Source: Candidatus Micrarchaeota archaeon (GTDB lineage: Archaea; Micrarchaeota; Micrarchaeia; Anstonellales; Bilamarchaeaceae). From it: a stretch of DNA of 64,000 bases. Location of the stretch: positions 64,001 to 128,000 of the forward strand of contig JBBSVN010000004.1 of NCBI GenBank assembly GCA_038046765.1, in the 5' to 3' direction. Within the stretch, counting starts at the first letter, position 1; every line of letters begins with the position of its first letter. Position numbers and translations under genes: made by a program. A model generated the notes under the pieces. It saw only the letters and a program-made list of their open reading frames with translations. It made no database searches and was not told the origin of the DNA. Below are positions 48,029 to 58,831 of the stretch, one piece after another.

Positions 48029-49378
48029 CTACATAGATGGTTCTCCAGATTTTTTACCTTTAAGGATTTCTTTCATTCGTTCATTTTCTTTTGCCAGCTC
48101 TTCTGCACTAACTCGACCAGAAGGAGTAACAACAGGATTTTCTGGTTTAGCGCCTTTTGAAACTAAGTATTCAACAATATCATACTTTCTGTTTTTTACT
48201 GCTTCGATTAAAGCAGTAGATGGTCCTTTTAAGCCATTATGAACTCCATTATGAACTTGATCCACAAGAGTTGAATCTACTTCAAGAACTTCTTTTACAA
48301 CAGCTAAATTACCAGCACCTGCGCTAAGAACTAATTTTGCAACTTGTTGATTCCTTGCTTTGATATCTGGTGATGGAGAATATAGTTCTGTTTCTTTTGG
48401 CTTCTCTTCTGCTAATTCTTTTGGCTTTGGTGCAGCAATTTCTCTTTCGCTTCTTTTAAAATCAGGCGCGCTACCTGATGAAACTTCTTCTACAGGTTTA
48501 GGTTTTTCTTCTTTAACTTCTTTTACAACTACTTTTTCTTTCGCTATTGAACGAACTGCAAATTCATCTTCCTCTTTTTTATCTGCCCGCTTACCAGATT
48601 TCCAATCAGGTTCAGTCCAATCTGGTTTTGCAGAAGCAAATTCTTCATCTTTTATTTCCTGCCATTGTGAATCTTGTGTTTTTTTTGCAGTAACTCCCTT
48701 AAATTCAGGAACATCCCAATCGTTATTAGAAGCTTTTGCATCAGCGGCTTTTTCCTCAGTTTTTTCTTTTTTATTTGCACTATATCCAAACTCATCTCTG
48801 TAAGCCATAATTATCGATTTATCAACAAAGAAACTTCCATCTTTTGCTTGTTTCATAGTTTCAGCTAAAAAATCTGCTTTTTCGGCTAGATCTTCATCTA
48901 AATCAGATAAATCAACATCTTCTTCTTCTGGTGTTTCTAAGAGTTTTCTTATTGCATTTACAGCATCTTCTCCAAGTTCATTTTGTAGCCATTCGCTAGT
49001 TCTTGCAGTAAATTCAGTATGTTGTTGCTGTTCTTTTCTTATTGGCCAATAAAGCGCAATATCCTGCTTTGTGATATAATATTGTCCTTTGGAATTTTTT
49101 CCAACGTAGTGTTCATATTCGCCATTTACTTCATGACCCGTTAGAAGAATCTTTATAGTGTTCCATTGTCTCTCAGAAATATCCTTTGGTTTTTTTCCCA
49201 TAACTTCTGCAACGTTTTCGCTTGTTATATCTGCGTCTTCAAATTTCCCTTGATTTCGCTTTACAAGTAAACTTGAAAATACTTCTAATGCACGTTCTCC
49301 CCCGAGCTTATCTAGTAGCCATTTTTTTGAGTTTTCAACAAATTTTACTTCTTCTTTTTCGACTGATTTTATCGCCAT
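48029..49378 (-). CDS. Paralogous repeat protein with C-terminal ankyrin repeats
   Basis: TALIEAVKNRKYDIVEYLVSKGA ankyrin motif. Confidence 0.7.
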   Translation of the reverse strand: MAIKSVEKEEVKFVENSKKWLLDKLGGERALEVFSSLLVKRNQGKFEDADITSENVAEVMGKKPKDISERQWNTIKILLTGHEVNGEYEHYVGKNSKGQYYITKQDIALYWPIRKEQQQHTEFTARTSEWLQNELGEDAVNAIRKLLETPEEEDVDLSDLDEDLAEKADFLAETMKQAKDGSFFVDKSIIMAYRDEFGYSANKKEKTEEKAADAKASNNDWDVPEFKGVTAKKTQDSQWQEIKDEEFASAKPDWTEPDWKSGKRADKKEEDEFAVRSIAKEKVVVKEVKEEKPKPVEEVSSGSAPDFKRSEREIAAPKPKELAEEKPKETELYSPSPDIKARNQQVAKLVLSAGAGNLAVVKEVLEVDSTLVDQVHNGVHNGLKGPSTALIEAVKNRKYDIVEYLVSKGAKPENPVVTPSGRVSAEELAKENERMKEILKGKKSGEPSM

Positions 49379-49513
49379 TAGGATCACCAGATTTCTTTTA
49401 TTTAAATGAACATGAGATTAATTTGCAAAGACAATTAAACGACCTTAAAAATTAATAAAAAATAAAAAAACAAATGGAAAAATAATAAATAAAAATAAAA
49501 GAAAAAAGAAAGA

Positions 49514-50092
49514 TTAGTTACCTTGTGTTCTTTCAAGTACAGTACCAGTAACTGTTGCACTAGCTTGTCTTACGACATTTCCACCAGTAACTTGTACTTC
49601 TGGATCAAAGTTGTACCAGATAACAAATATACCTTTGAAATCGCTGTTCTTAGATAATCTAAGTGGGTTACCTGTCGCATCCTTACATGCTACGTTAATA
49701 TCATAACTTCCGCCCGCAACAATAGTTGGATTATTTGAGACAGTATCCGCATTTGCAAGACTCGCCTGATCAATATTACCCTTAAGACAAACTGCTTTGC
49801 TTACTTTTATGTTCTGGCCTTGCTGATTGAAAACTCGTACTGCCATAGAAACATCATTAGTTGCTACAGTTGAAATGTATATACTTGGTTTTGGATCAGA
49901 ACAGCTAAATCCAGGTTGTGAGAACAAACATCCTTCAGGAGTTTTAATAAGCTGGGGTAAGTAGAACGCTAAAATAGTTATTACGATTACGATAACTAGA
50001 ATTGCCCATCCATAGGTCATCAAATATTCCATGGCGGCCTGCCCACGCTTAGTGCGCCCGAAATCTTTATTTTTTATTAATTTTTCAAACAT
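49514..50092 (-). CDS. Type IV pilin (class III signal peptide)
   Basis: KRG/QAAMEYLMTYGWAILVIVIV. Confidence 0.88.
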   Translation of the reverse strand: MFEKLIKNKDFGRTKRGQAAMEYLMTYGWAILVIVIVITILAFYLPQLIKTPEGCLFSQPGFSCSDPKPSIYISTVATNDVSMAVRVFNQQGQNIKVSKAVCLKGNIDQASLANADTVSNNPTIVAGGSYDINVACKDATGNPLRLSKNSDFKGIFVIWYNFDPEVQVTGGNVVRQASATVTGTVLERTQGN

Positions 50093-50115
50093 GATACTTT
50101 CACCTCATTTATTTA

Positions 50116-50197
50116 TCAGCAATGAGCAGTGAGCTTTTGAGCTATGAGCTACGAAACGAACTTTGCTCAGGGCACAATGCTCAATGCACATGGCCAA
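50116..50197. repeat. Heptamer-repeat palindromic element, copy 4
   Basis: tcagcaa/tgagcag/tgagctt/tgagcta/tgagcta - cgaaacgaact - ttgctca/gggcaca/atgctca/atgcaca/tggccaa. Confidence 0.85.
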
Positions 50198-50198
50198 A

Positions 50199-51251
50199 CT
50201 ATAATATACTAGCAAAAAAGCTAGATAAAACTATTCCGACAATTGCATAAACAAGAAATGAACCGATTAATATGAATGGGAAATATTTTACCCCCTCATT
50301 TCGTGAACCGGATCGAATAGTACTAATAATAAGTGAAGAAAACAAGGAAGTTATGAATATTGTCGCTAGTGAAAAATAATAAAAGTCATTTGCAGTAATA
50401 ACATTTGTTGGTATTGCAACACTGCCAAATGGCCCAAAGCTGGAACTTGTTGTTGGCAAAGCATTTCTTTGAAGTTCAAACACGCTAATTAGACGCGAGG
50501 AAACTGCGAATAAGAAAGGAGTCCCAAGTACGCTTGCAAAAAGCACAAATATTTCATATAATATAAGTGATGCACCTACTTCTTTTTTGACAATCGATGT
50601 ATTCCTTAAGTCTTGTGAAGTTTCTTCAAGTACTTTTGAAATCTCACCACCAGTTGCAAATGCCTGCTTTAGGAGAATAATCGTTCGAGTAAATACTTTT
50701 GAATCAAACCTAGCAGCGAGTTTATCTAGGGCAGATTCTAATGGTTCACCACTAAATGCACTTTTAATACCATTTTTTACTTCAATAGCAAGCAAACCAA
50801 ATTCAGGTTTAGCCGAATACCACATTGCCTGATCAATACTCATACCAGCTTTTATATTTGCACTAACTAACATAAGAAAATCAGGTAGTGCGTTTTCAAG
50901 GGCATTTCTGCGGATATCTGATTGTAAATTAAGGATACCACTTACGATTAAAAATACACCAAAGTAACAAATAAGAAAAGAGAGTATTGGAAATATTACG
51001 CCCATCACAAACCTAGAGATAGGAATTATTTTGTAAATAAAAAGATAAAATCCATTATAAATTGATGGAAATGCAAAGTAAGTTAAGCTTAGCAAAATTG
51101 TAAGACCAAGTATCGCAAACGCAAGATAACCTAAAAATGCCCCTGCAGGGATTAGATAACCTGAAGATGCAAGCACCCGTGAGAACTCTTTTACCTGTTT
51201 TTTAGGAAAAAGAAACCGTCCAAGATATTCAAAATTATTTGTAATTGCCAT
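50199..51251 (-). CDS. Type IV pilus platform protein (TadC/PilC, T2SSF family)
   Basis: LPDFL..VSANIKAGM, FGLL..E, multiple TMs. Confidence 0.88.
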   Translation of the reverse strand: MAITNNFEYLGRFLFPKKQVKEFSRVLASSGYLIPAGAFLGYLAFAILGLTILLSLTYFAFPSIYNGFYLFIYKIIPISRFVMGVIFPILSFLICYFGVFLIVSGILNLQSDIRRNALENALPDFLMLVSANIKAGMSIDQAMWYSAKPEFGLLAIEVKNGIKSAFSGEPLESALDKLAARFDSKVFTRTIILLKQAFATGGEISKVLEETSQDLRNTSIVKKEVGASLILYEIFVLFASVLGTPFLFAVSSRLISVFELQRNALPTTSSSFGPFGSVAIPTNVITANDFYYFSLATIFITSLFSSLIISTIRSGSRNEGVKYFPFILIGSFLVYAIVGIVLSSFFASIL

Positions 51252-51256
51252 AAAAA

Positions 51257-52126
51257 TCACAGTAGATATTTGGGCCTCGAAGTTTCAATGATTCCAAGGA
51301 ACAAAAATTGTACGATTGCTATTAAAACGAATATTGCAACTAAGATTGATGAGGTTAAACCAAGCTTACTCCCACTTATAACTGAAAATAAAACAGTCGC
51401 CAGAACAACCCCAATACTTGGTAAAATAATTCCAAAAATCATGAAGAACATTACTGCAGGAGTAAGTTTTTGCCCATATTCTTTTAACTGTATTAGCTGT
51501 TCTTTTGCAATTTGATCTAAAACGGAATCAACCGAACTAGCTACATCAGAACCACTTGCAACAGAATTTGCAATTTGTACAGATATACGAACAAAATATT
51601 TTGATGGATTGTTTTGTACGACTTCCCTTATTGCCTGAGTAGTTGGAACTCCTAGCATTACTTTTTCTACAATTTTCTCAAACTCTCTACTCACTTCCCC
51701 ATAACCAGTTCTAAGACCGACAATTGAATCAAATAAAGGCATACCAGATTTAAGTGCGATAACAAAATGTCTGCCCGCAAACAAGATTTCATAGTCAATT
51801 TCCCTTTGCCGTTTTAGCACCATTGCTTCAGGCTCTAGCATAAAGTAAAATAAAAATAATAGGACATAAAGGACAAACAGGGGCAAAATTAGAAGTAAGG
51901 ACAAATTATTAATAATAATAAATACCAAAGTCACAAAAGTCATAACAAAGGTAAGCATAATTGTTGCAAATGCTGCATTTTCCAAAAACTGAGTTGGAAC
52001 ATATTTCGAATTGGCAAGCAAAAGCTTCTTTTTAAGGTCTGGAAAATAGGGCAATAGTAACTCTGCGAGGGGTGTAAAAAATGACTTTCTTGACCTTTGC
52101 GTTCCAACACTATTTTGTCCATCCAT
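51257..52126 (-). CDS. Type IV pilus platform protein (TadB/TadC-like)
   Basis: LKSGMPLF, YGEVSREF, multiple TMs. Confidence 0.85.
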   Translation of the reverse strand: MDGQNSVGTQRSRKSFFTPLAELLLPYFPDLKKKLLLANSKYVPTQFLENAAFATIMLTFVMTFVTLVFIIINNLSLLLILPLFVLYVLLFLFYFMLEPEAMVLKRQREIDYEILFAGRHFVIALKSGMPLFDSIVGLRTGYGEVSREFEKIVEKVMLGVPTTQAIREVVQNNPSKYFVRISVQIANSVASGSDVASSVDSVLDQIAKEQLIQLKEYGQKLTPAVMFFMIFGIILPSIGVVLATVLFSVISGSKLGLTSSILVAIFVLIAIVQFLFLGIIETSRPKYLL

Positions 52127-52131
52127 GTTTA

Positions 52132-53724
52132 TCATTCACCTTCAAAGGAAGAAATATCCCCGAAATATTTTTTAATCTCATCAGCATTTAATCCTTTTTC
52201 TTTTGCCATAAGTATTTTAGAGTATTGTATTGCTTCGCTTTTTGTTAAGTGACCCCGTTCATATTTTTTGTAAAATGTCGGATTGTTAGAGTGTAAATAG
52301 TAAAGCATAGTTCCTTCATCAGTAGAATTTATTTCAGAAGTTATGGAGGATAATTCAGTTACAGCTGTTTCTTTGGAAGATATTTCACTAGATGTTGATT
52401 CAATAATAGACTCTATATATTTAGTAACTAATTGATCAGTAGAAGATAAATTCTTTAAGTATTCTAAAAATGCCTGCTTTCTAGCATCAGCTTTTTCCAA
52501 AGTAGCCTTATCAACAGATTTATTGGAGGCCAAAAAGGTATCTACTTCAGTTTTATGCTTTTCTAGCAAATACTCAGATGTTTTTGTTATTTCATCCTTT
52601 GCCTGTGAATTAAGATTTAGCAGGGCATTGACAAAATTTTCATAAAGCTTGGACTTTTGATCCATGTCATCTATTAATTTTATTTTATCATAAAACTGCA
52701 TTTTTAATGAATCAGCAGATTTTTTGTATTTAACAGTTAAATTATCAGCAGAATTTCTTAGTTCATAGGCCTGAGTATTTACAATTGTATCGAATAAACC
52801 AACGGTGTAATTTTGTTCCGTAGTCTTCTTACTTTTTGTTTTTTGTGTAAGCTGACTTATGTTTGAAAGCATATTTTTAAGAACTACAATTTCAAGCTTA
52901 ATCTGATCTCTTTTTTGCGAACTCTTTTCCTTAAAGAGTTCTTTTGTAAGGTCGAGCATTTTTCTTTTTATTTTAGTTTCATCAATTTGTCCGCCCCATT
53001 CCTGTGTAAAGTAAGATTCAACATCCCCATACTTGGCAGTTGCATGCTCCTGAGCCTTTAAAATATCCGGAACTCCAGATTCAGTTTTTACAGACTTTTC
53101 TATAATGGGAGATAACGGAGTAGGTATTTGAATAGATGGTTCAGATATTTTTACGGGTTTTGGAGTTGGAACGGAAGTAGATAAATTTTCTTGAACATGC
53201 TCGATTTCTAAATCTAAATTAGTTTTTTCTTCTTTTTGTTCGGATTCTTCTTTTTCAAATGAAAGAGATTCATCCTCTGTTTTTACCGTAGGAATTAGGC
53301 TGGGTTTAGGCTCTTCTTTTTGTGTCTCAAACTCCAAATCTACGTGTTCTTTAGATTTTATCTCTGAAACAACAACTGGAATTGCTTGAACAGGTTTTTG
53401 AATTTCTTTGACTTCTTCTACAGTAATGCGCCGAACCTTTTGTTCAATTTCTAAACTTCTTTTTACTACTAATCCTTCAGCTTTTGATGGCGCATAGAAA
53501 TCCGCTGTAGAAGTACGAATGATCTTTTGCACTCTTTCATAGATATTAATAGCATCAGCATAGCCTAGGTCAAGCATATCTTCCGGATAAAAATCGATAG
53601 TACTTTTAAGTTCAATTGGACCTTTAAACTGGGTTTTAGCTAATGCATTCTTTTCAATAGCTCTAGCAGATTCGCAAAGTATTGAAAAATCTCCCCCAGT
53701 TAATTCATCCATATTTACTCCCAT
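52132..53724 (-). CDS. Hypothetical coiled-coil protein in the pilus operon
   Basis: 530-aa ORF between the ATPase and platform genes. Confidence 0.6.
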   Translation of the reverse strand: MGVNMDELTGGDFSILCESARAIEKNALAKTQFKGPIELKSTIDFYPEDMLDLGYADAINIYERVQKIIRTSTADFYAPSKAEGLVVKRSLEIEQKVRRITVEEVKEIQKPVQAIPVVVSEIKSKEHVDLEFETQKEEPKPSLIPTVKTEDESLSFEKEESEQKEEKTNLDLEIEHVQENLSTSVPTPKPVKISEPSIQIPTPLSPIIEKSVKTESGVPDILKAQEHATAKYGDVESYFTQEWGGQIDETKIKRKMLDLTKELFKEKSSQKRDQIKLEIVVLKNMLSNISQLTQKTKSKKTTEQNYTVGLFDTIVNTQAYELRNSADNLTVKYKKSADSLKMQFYDKIKLIDDMDQKSKLYENFVNALLNLNSQAKDEITKTSEYLLEKHKTEVDTFLASNKSVDKATLEKADARKQAFLEYLKNLSSTDQLVTKYIESIIESTSSEISSKETAVTELSSITSEINSTDEGTMLYYLHSNNPTFYKKYERGHLTKSEAIQYSKILMAKEKGLNADEIKKYFGDISSFEGE

Positions 53725-53736
53725 GTATTTGCAAGC

Positions 53737-55470
53737 TTAAAATTGCCATTTTTCCTTTTTTCTTACAGACTCAAGCACCGCTTCAGGATCAAGATAGTAA
53801 CTAGATACGACTGCACCAACTTGATCAACATTATCGTAGTCATTTTTGACCATCCAATTAAGCACTTCGGTTTTTTCATTAATGTCATCACGTATTTCTT
53901 TTTCCTGCATACCCGCATAAAGCGATAAAAGATCTTTTAATCGAGACATTTGTCCGACCTGCTTTATTTTGTCGCTCTTAACATCCCATTTATATAAGAC
54001 ATTATAATCTCCTTTCTTTTCTACTTCCGAAAATTCTAGTACTCGCCTGATGTTAAATCTTCTGTGCCTAAAAGTTACAACTACCCCGCCTAGGGCATCA
54101 AGCATAACTTTCGGGATATTGATAGGTGGATTGGTTAATCGGGAGATTGTCTGATCAGTATCATCAGCGTGGAGCGTTGCATAGACACTGTGACCAGTGT
54201 GCATTGCTTCAAACAATACTTCAGCTTCCCTCTGCCTTCTGATTTCTCCAACTAGGATTCGATCAGGTCTTTGTCTTAATGCATTGACCATCAAATCAAG
54301 CATCGTTACTTCACCTTTTCCTTCAGGATTAGCTTCCCGAACTACCATCGGAACCCAGTGCAAAAATTTTGGCAATGTTAACTCTCGCGTATCTTCAATA
54401 CTAACTATACGTTGATTTGCTGGAATAAGTGCAGCCATGGCATTAAGGAAACTTGTCTTACCGCTACCAGTACCACCAGTTACAAGCAAACTTAGTTCGT
54501 TCTGAATACATAACCAGATTAATGCCGCTACTTCTGATGAAACAGTTTTTGATTTTATAAAAGTCGAGATAGTCCAAGGATTCCTCGAGAACTTTCTTAT
54601 TGTGAGCGTGTTTCCGAAATTTGAAATTGGAAATAATGTTGAATTAACACGGTCTCCGGTTGGTAACCTTGCATCTAAAGTCGCATTAAGAATATTAATC
54701 TGTTTACCGACTTTCCTTGCAATTGTACTTGCGTAATCATAGATCATTTGTTCATTCTTAACTTTTAAGTTTGTTTTACACCAGCCAAATTTTTTATGAT
54801 AAACCCATACTGGTTCTTGTGAATTATTTATTACTACTTCTTCCAATTTGTCATCGTGCAATAGACTTTCCAGCTCACCTAAGCCAATCGCATTTTGTAA
54901 AAGAAATACTGCCAGAATATTCTGCTTATCCGAGGGTAAAGAAGGGAAATTTCGCTCTAAAATTCTGTTTGCTGCTTCTAGTAATTTTGCCTTTACTTCT
55001 TCGTATTTCTTAGGATCTAATATTTCGCTAATATCTAGTTTAACTTCAGTTACAAGTTCTCCCCTTAGTTTTGTTTCTAATATTAATTTTGTTCCTTCAG
55101 CAATTCCAGGAATACTAAGTTCATACTTTGGTACAAAATCAGCTCTTTTTACAATTTGTACATTTACAGGTATACCTTCGCTTGCAAAAGAATAGGAATC
55201 TAAAACCCCTTGACCGGAAATAATCATTCTCTTTTCATGAGTTACGATTTCATTTTTAGTTTCATCTTCGTGCTCATTATCATTTTGATCGGCATTTGCA
55301 GTACCAACCGGAGTAGGAACTACTTGAGATAAAGGTTCTTCTGGTTGCTCTGGAATTTCAAGTTCTTCTTGAACAGGTTCTTTCTTAGTTTGTTCTTCCT
55401 TTTTAGATGAGTTTTGCTTTAGTTTTTCCTTTATTATGTCCTTAATTTCCCTTTCCTTATCTTTTGCCAT
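53737..55470 (-). CDS. Type IV pilus assembly ATPase (PilB/FlaI/CpaF-like)
   Basis: GGTGSGKT, SIEDTREL, LRQRPDRILVGEIR, HTGH...TLHA. Confidence 0.93.
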   Translation of the reverse strand: MAKDKEREIKDIIKEKLKQNSSKKEEQTKKEPVQEELEIPEQPEEPLSQVVPTPVGTANADQNDNEHEDETKNEIVTHEKRMIISGQGVLDSYSFASEGIPVNVQIVKRADFVPKYELSIPGIAEGTKLILETKLRGELVTEVKLDISEILDPKKYEEVKAKLLEAANRILERNFPSLPSDKQNILAVFLLQNAIGLGELESLLHDDKLEEVVINNSQEPVWVYHKKFGWCKTNLKVKNEQMIYDYASTIARKVGKQINILNATLDARLPTGDRVNSTLFPISNFGNTLTIRKFSRNPWTISTFIKSKTVSSEVAALIWLCIQNELSLLVTGGTGSGKTSFLNAMAALIPANQRIVSIEDTRELTLPKFLHWVPMVVREANPEGKGEVTMLDLMVNALRQRPDRILVGEIRRQREAEVLFEAMHTGHSVYATLHADDTDQTISRLTNPPINIPKVMLDALGGVVVTFRHRRFNIRRVLEFSEVEKKGDYNVLYKWDVKSDKIKQVGQMSRLKDLLSLYAGMQEKEIRDDINEKTEVLNWMVKNDYDNVDQVGAVVSSYYLDPEAVLESVRKKEKWQF

Positions 55471-55540
55471 AGAAACACCTTAAGATAACGTATAAGACTA
55501 TTGTCATTGCCTTTTTAAATATGTTATGTATGGAGCAAAA

Positions 55541-56515
55541 TCAGAAATAACGCAGTACAATCTCTTTTGAAACTGCAAATGAATCGCGTTTTTTGATTAG
55601 ATGGTGAAACTTTTCCTTAAATCGATTAATAAATGACCTAAATTCTTCTGCCGATGGAACTTCTATTTCTATTGAAAATGAGTAACTTCCAATTAAGTGA
55701 CTTGTCCAAAGAACATATTCATTAAAACTTAGAAAAGAGTAGACTATATCCCAGTCCTTTTTTGAAAGAGCATTTAACCTAAACCAAAGTTTATAATAAG
55801 AATAACCGCGCTCTGCAAAACTCGTGAAGACTCGATATCCTTGGATGATTTTTTCGTTTTCTAGTTTTTTTAACATTGAAATTGCTGTTGGAAGTGAAAC
55901 CGAAAGTTCTTTTGCAACATCTGTTATTGGCTTTCGTGCATTTGCTGCAATTAAATGTAGTAGTTTTTCTTCATTTTTAGTTAGTGAAATTTTTTCTTTA
56001 GTTTCACTCATTTGATAAATTGTACGTTCTTGCTTATCTATCCCAAAGTTTCGTTTGAAATAATTTACAGAATATGTATACATTAGCTCTTTTTCCGCAA
56101 TAAAATTACCAAATTTATTTTCAAAATCTTCAAAGAATTTTGTAAGTTCATAAGCACTTCTTATTCTTAGGGTCAGATTGACATCCCAAGATCCGCTTTC
56201 GCATACTGCCGCCCAAGAGACCGATTCACAATTCTTTATATATTCGTAAATTATATTTTCTTGTTCTTTTGGTATTTCATAGAATTTAATTAAAACAGAA
56301 TAAACTAGGTAACCTAATTTATAGATATCAACAGGAGTAATATATTTTCGTATTATGCCTATTTTTTCAAGATTTTTGATGCGATACAGAACTACTTCTT
56401 TACTTAGCCCAACCTTTTTGGCAATTTTCCCATAACTTTGTCTTGAATTATTTTCAAGTTCTACGAGAATCTTTAGGTCTTTGATATCTAACTTATCTGT
56501 TTTTTTTTCTAACAT
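55541..56515 (-). CDS. Tandem Lrp/AsnC-family regulator
   Basis: Two HTH-RAM units: LDIKDLKIL..LENNSRQSY.. and NARKPITDVAKEL. Confidence 0.85.
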   Translation of the reverse strand: MLEKKTDKLDIKDLKILVELENNSRQSYGKIAKKVGLSKEVVLYRIKNLEKIGIIRKYITPVDIYKLGYLVYSVLIKFYEIPKEQENIIYEYIKNCESVSWAAVCESGSWDVNLTLRIRSAYELTKFFEDFENKFGNFIAEKELMYTYSVNYFKRNFGIDKQERTIYQMSETKEKISLTKNEEKLLHLIAANARKPITDVAKELSVSLPTAISMLKKLENEKIIQGYRVFTSFAERGYSYYKLWFRLNALSKKDWDIVYSFLSFNEYVLWTSHLIGSYSFSIEIEVPSAEEFRSFINRFKEKFHHLIKKRDSFAVSKEIVLRYF

Positions 56516-56608
56516 ATCATCAAAACTTAAATTTTTTCTAATTATTTTTATATTTGATAAGATTTTTAAAAGAAACTTTTATTTAAAAGAAAATAATAGT
56601 TATAATTG

Positions 56609-57619
56609 ATGTCAATTATAGAAAAGAGAGATACCTCAATCGAAAAAATAGTTGCACGTACTTTGGAGGTTAGAGCGAACTTTCAAAAAGCAGAGTATGT
56701 GCATTTGTTGCAATTAAAAAGAAAAATTCAAAGAACTCTAGAAACTTCAAAATCGCTTCTTGAAGGAATACAAATTCCACCAACTCTTTCAATGCAATTA
56801 ATTTGGCCAAGCGGTGATTATTTAGGTGACCAAAGACAAGTAATAATCAGAAGGGCAAGCACACTCTTGTTTGATACGATTTGTGCGATAGATGTACTAC
56901 AAAAAGAAATCGAAGAAACGGAAAAAGAATCTGGTACAGGTTACTTAGGTGGATGGAAAAATGCCTTAAGATATATTAAATTGGCTGATCACTTGCTTAG
57001 TGAATATAAAGGATTAAGGGACGTAAAAGGTATCGAAAGAGAAACGATTTTATCCGAAGCAAAAATACTTGACCATAAGCCAGCAGTCCTTGATGTCGGA
57101 TGCGGAATCGGATCGGATATCAAATTTTTACGAGCAAGAATTGACGGATATTTTTATGGAATAGATAATAACTTACTTGCAATACACGAATGCAACGCTA
57201 AAATTAATGGAACATTCTTACATATGGATGCTAGAAAAATGTTTTTTGCTGATGATTATTTTGATATATCTTATGTAACGGTAAACACTCTTGGAAATTT
57301 AAATGCAGAAAATAGACTAGCTTGGATAAGGGAGATGTTGAGGGTTTCTAGTGGAGATATACTTGCAACATTTTACATAAATACGCAAGATTACCAAAAA
57401 ATGAGGATAGCTGATCGAATAGATTATTATACACGGGCAACAGAAGGCAGGAGAACAATTTTTGATGGCAAACAATTCCAAATCCCCAGCTTAGGGTGGA
57501 CTGGAAGATTGTTTACAATGCCAGAACTAAAAGAAATGTTCGAAAGATTTGGAATAAAAAATTACGAAATAAAATTTTTAAATGAGATTATGACAATTGT
57601 AAAGATACCAAAAACATGA
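56609..57619 (+). CDS. Class I SAM-dependent methyltransferase with N-terminal helical domain
   Basis: VLDVGCGIG, YGID, MDARKM.F.D.YFD. Confidence 0.82.
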   Translation: MSIIEKRDTSIEKIVARTLEVRANFQKAEYVHLLQLKRKIQRTLETSKSLLEGIQIPPTLSMQLIWPSGDYLGDQRQVIIRRASTLLFDTICAIDVLQKEIEETEKESGTGYLGGWKNALRYIKLADHLLSEYKGLRDVKGIERETILSEAKILDHKPAVLDVGCGIGSDIKFLRARIDGYFYGIDNNLLAIHECNAKINGTFLHMDARKMFFADDYFDISYVTVNTLGNLNAENRLAWIREMLRVSSGDILATFYINTQDYQKMRIADRIDYYTRATEGRRTIFDGKQFQIPSLGWTGRLFTMPELKEMFERFGIKNYEIKFLNEIMTIVKIPKT

Positions 57620-57621
57620 AA

Positions 57622-58014
57622 CTAAATCATCCCAAGTATTTCCTGCTTAGTTATCTGCATCCGTGGCAACTGGTCAACTTCTAGTTTTCGATAATAGTAA
57701 AAATATTCGTAGAGTTCGCCTTCGTCTTTTGCGAAAATAATTTTATGGTTGTGGATAACTTGCCATTTCATAAAAAGAGGTAACTCTTCAAAACAATGAA
57801 CATCGTAATTTTTTGCAGTCACATCTAGGTTTTGATAGACTTTTTTCATAATTATTTTAGAGCCTGATTTTGGTGCAACAATGCAAATATCAGTATCCCG
57901 ACCTTCGCTTGAAGTTGAAGAACCAAAAAGAAGTATTCCAAGAATAAAATCATTTTGCAAAAATGAAAAATCAGAATTTAATTTTTCGAGTCTTGAGGTT
58001 GTATTTTGAGCCAT
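57622..58014 (-). CDS. Minimal nucleotidyltransferase (MNT) antitoxin
   Basis: LLFGS...RDTDICIV. Confidence 0.8.
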   Translation of the reverse strand: MAQNTTSRLEKLNSDFSFLQNDFILGILLFGSSTSSEGRDTDICIVAPKSGSKIIMKKVYQNLDVTAKNYDVHCFEELPLFMKWQVIHNHKIIFAKDEGELYEYFYYYRKLEVDQLPRMQITKQEILGMI

Positions 58015-58409
58015 TGGTCCACCATTTCTAAAAAGTCTTCTAAATCAGGCAATAACTCAACCATTGATTCGTAAGCGAGTTCGCTATCCAGGCCTTCGTA
58101 GTTTTGAACGATACGATTTCTTAAACCGCTAGCTACTTTTAAAGATTTAGAGATTGTATCGCTAATAATCTTTTTTTCTAATATGCATTCGATATTTGAA
58201 AAATTATCTTTTGGCAAAGAACTAGTGTCTTTACATATCATAGCAGTTAAATCCATTGAAAATTCAATTATCTGCTCAAACGCCATGTAACACGCAAGCC
58301 GGGATTTTTCATCATCTAAAAAATCGTCTTTCCATTCTTCAAACTCGCCCATACGTTTTTCGATTAACTTGAATTTGTCAGTGTAACGCTTTAATCGCTC
58401 GATTTCCAT
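57978..58409 (-). CDS. HEPN (DUF86/HepT-like) protein with degenerate Rx4H motif
   Basis: GLRNRIVQNY where RNxIVHxY is expected. Confidence 0.8.
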   Translation of the reverse strand: MEIERLKRYTDKFKLIEKRMGEFEEWKDDFLDDEKSRLACYMAFEQIIEFSMDLTAMICKDTSSLPKDNFSNIECILEKKIISDTISKSLKVASGLRNRIVQNYEGLDSELAYESMVELLPDLEDFLEMVDQWLKIQPQDSKN

Positions 58410-58456
58410 AAATTGCCCCTATTAGTTATTTCTAATACCTAACCCGCCAATAATAG

Positions 58457-58822
58457 TTATATTAGTTTAGCATCTTCAAAGTTTTTGAAATCTGGATCGC
58501 CAGTTAACACGATTACTTTTTTCGACCTTGCAGTGGCTAAAACGATGCAATCAGCCAAACCCATTTGATATTGAACTTTTAATTTTGAAGCGTCGGTTGC
58601 AATTTCTTTGCTAACGTCTACTAAAGTCGCTCTTGTTAACATAAATGCTCGTTTTTCTTCTGCTTGATCAGGACGTTCCCTCAAATATTTAGAGTATACT
58701 TCAACTAAATTTATCGATGAAGTAAAAATTTCCTGGTCAGAGTCAATGATTTCTTTTACAATTTTGCCTTTTTCTGAGCCAAAAAAATATTCAAACCATG
58801 CGAAAGAATCAAAAAGATACAT
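58457..58822 (-). CDS. vapC: PIN-domain toxin
   Basis: FDSFAW, E, GLADCIVLA, LTGDPDF. Confidence 0.87.
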   Translation of the reverse strand: MYLFDSFAWFEYFFGSEKGKIVKEIIDSDQEIFTSSINLVEVYSKYLRERPDQAEEKRAFMLTRATLVDVSKEIATDASKLKVQYQMGLADCIVLATARSKKVIVLTGDPDFKNFEDAKLI

Positions 58823-58831
58823 TTAAACACC

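Noticed and set aside
9962..56015. Numerous antisense ORFs in the track (e.g. 9962-10444, 11906-12385, 22701-23093, 23602-24270, 30308-30730, 43392-43799, 48360-48803)
   Set aside because: Ser/Phe/Leu-rich shadows of genes on the opposite strand
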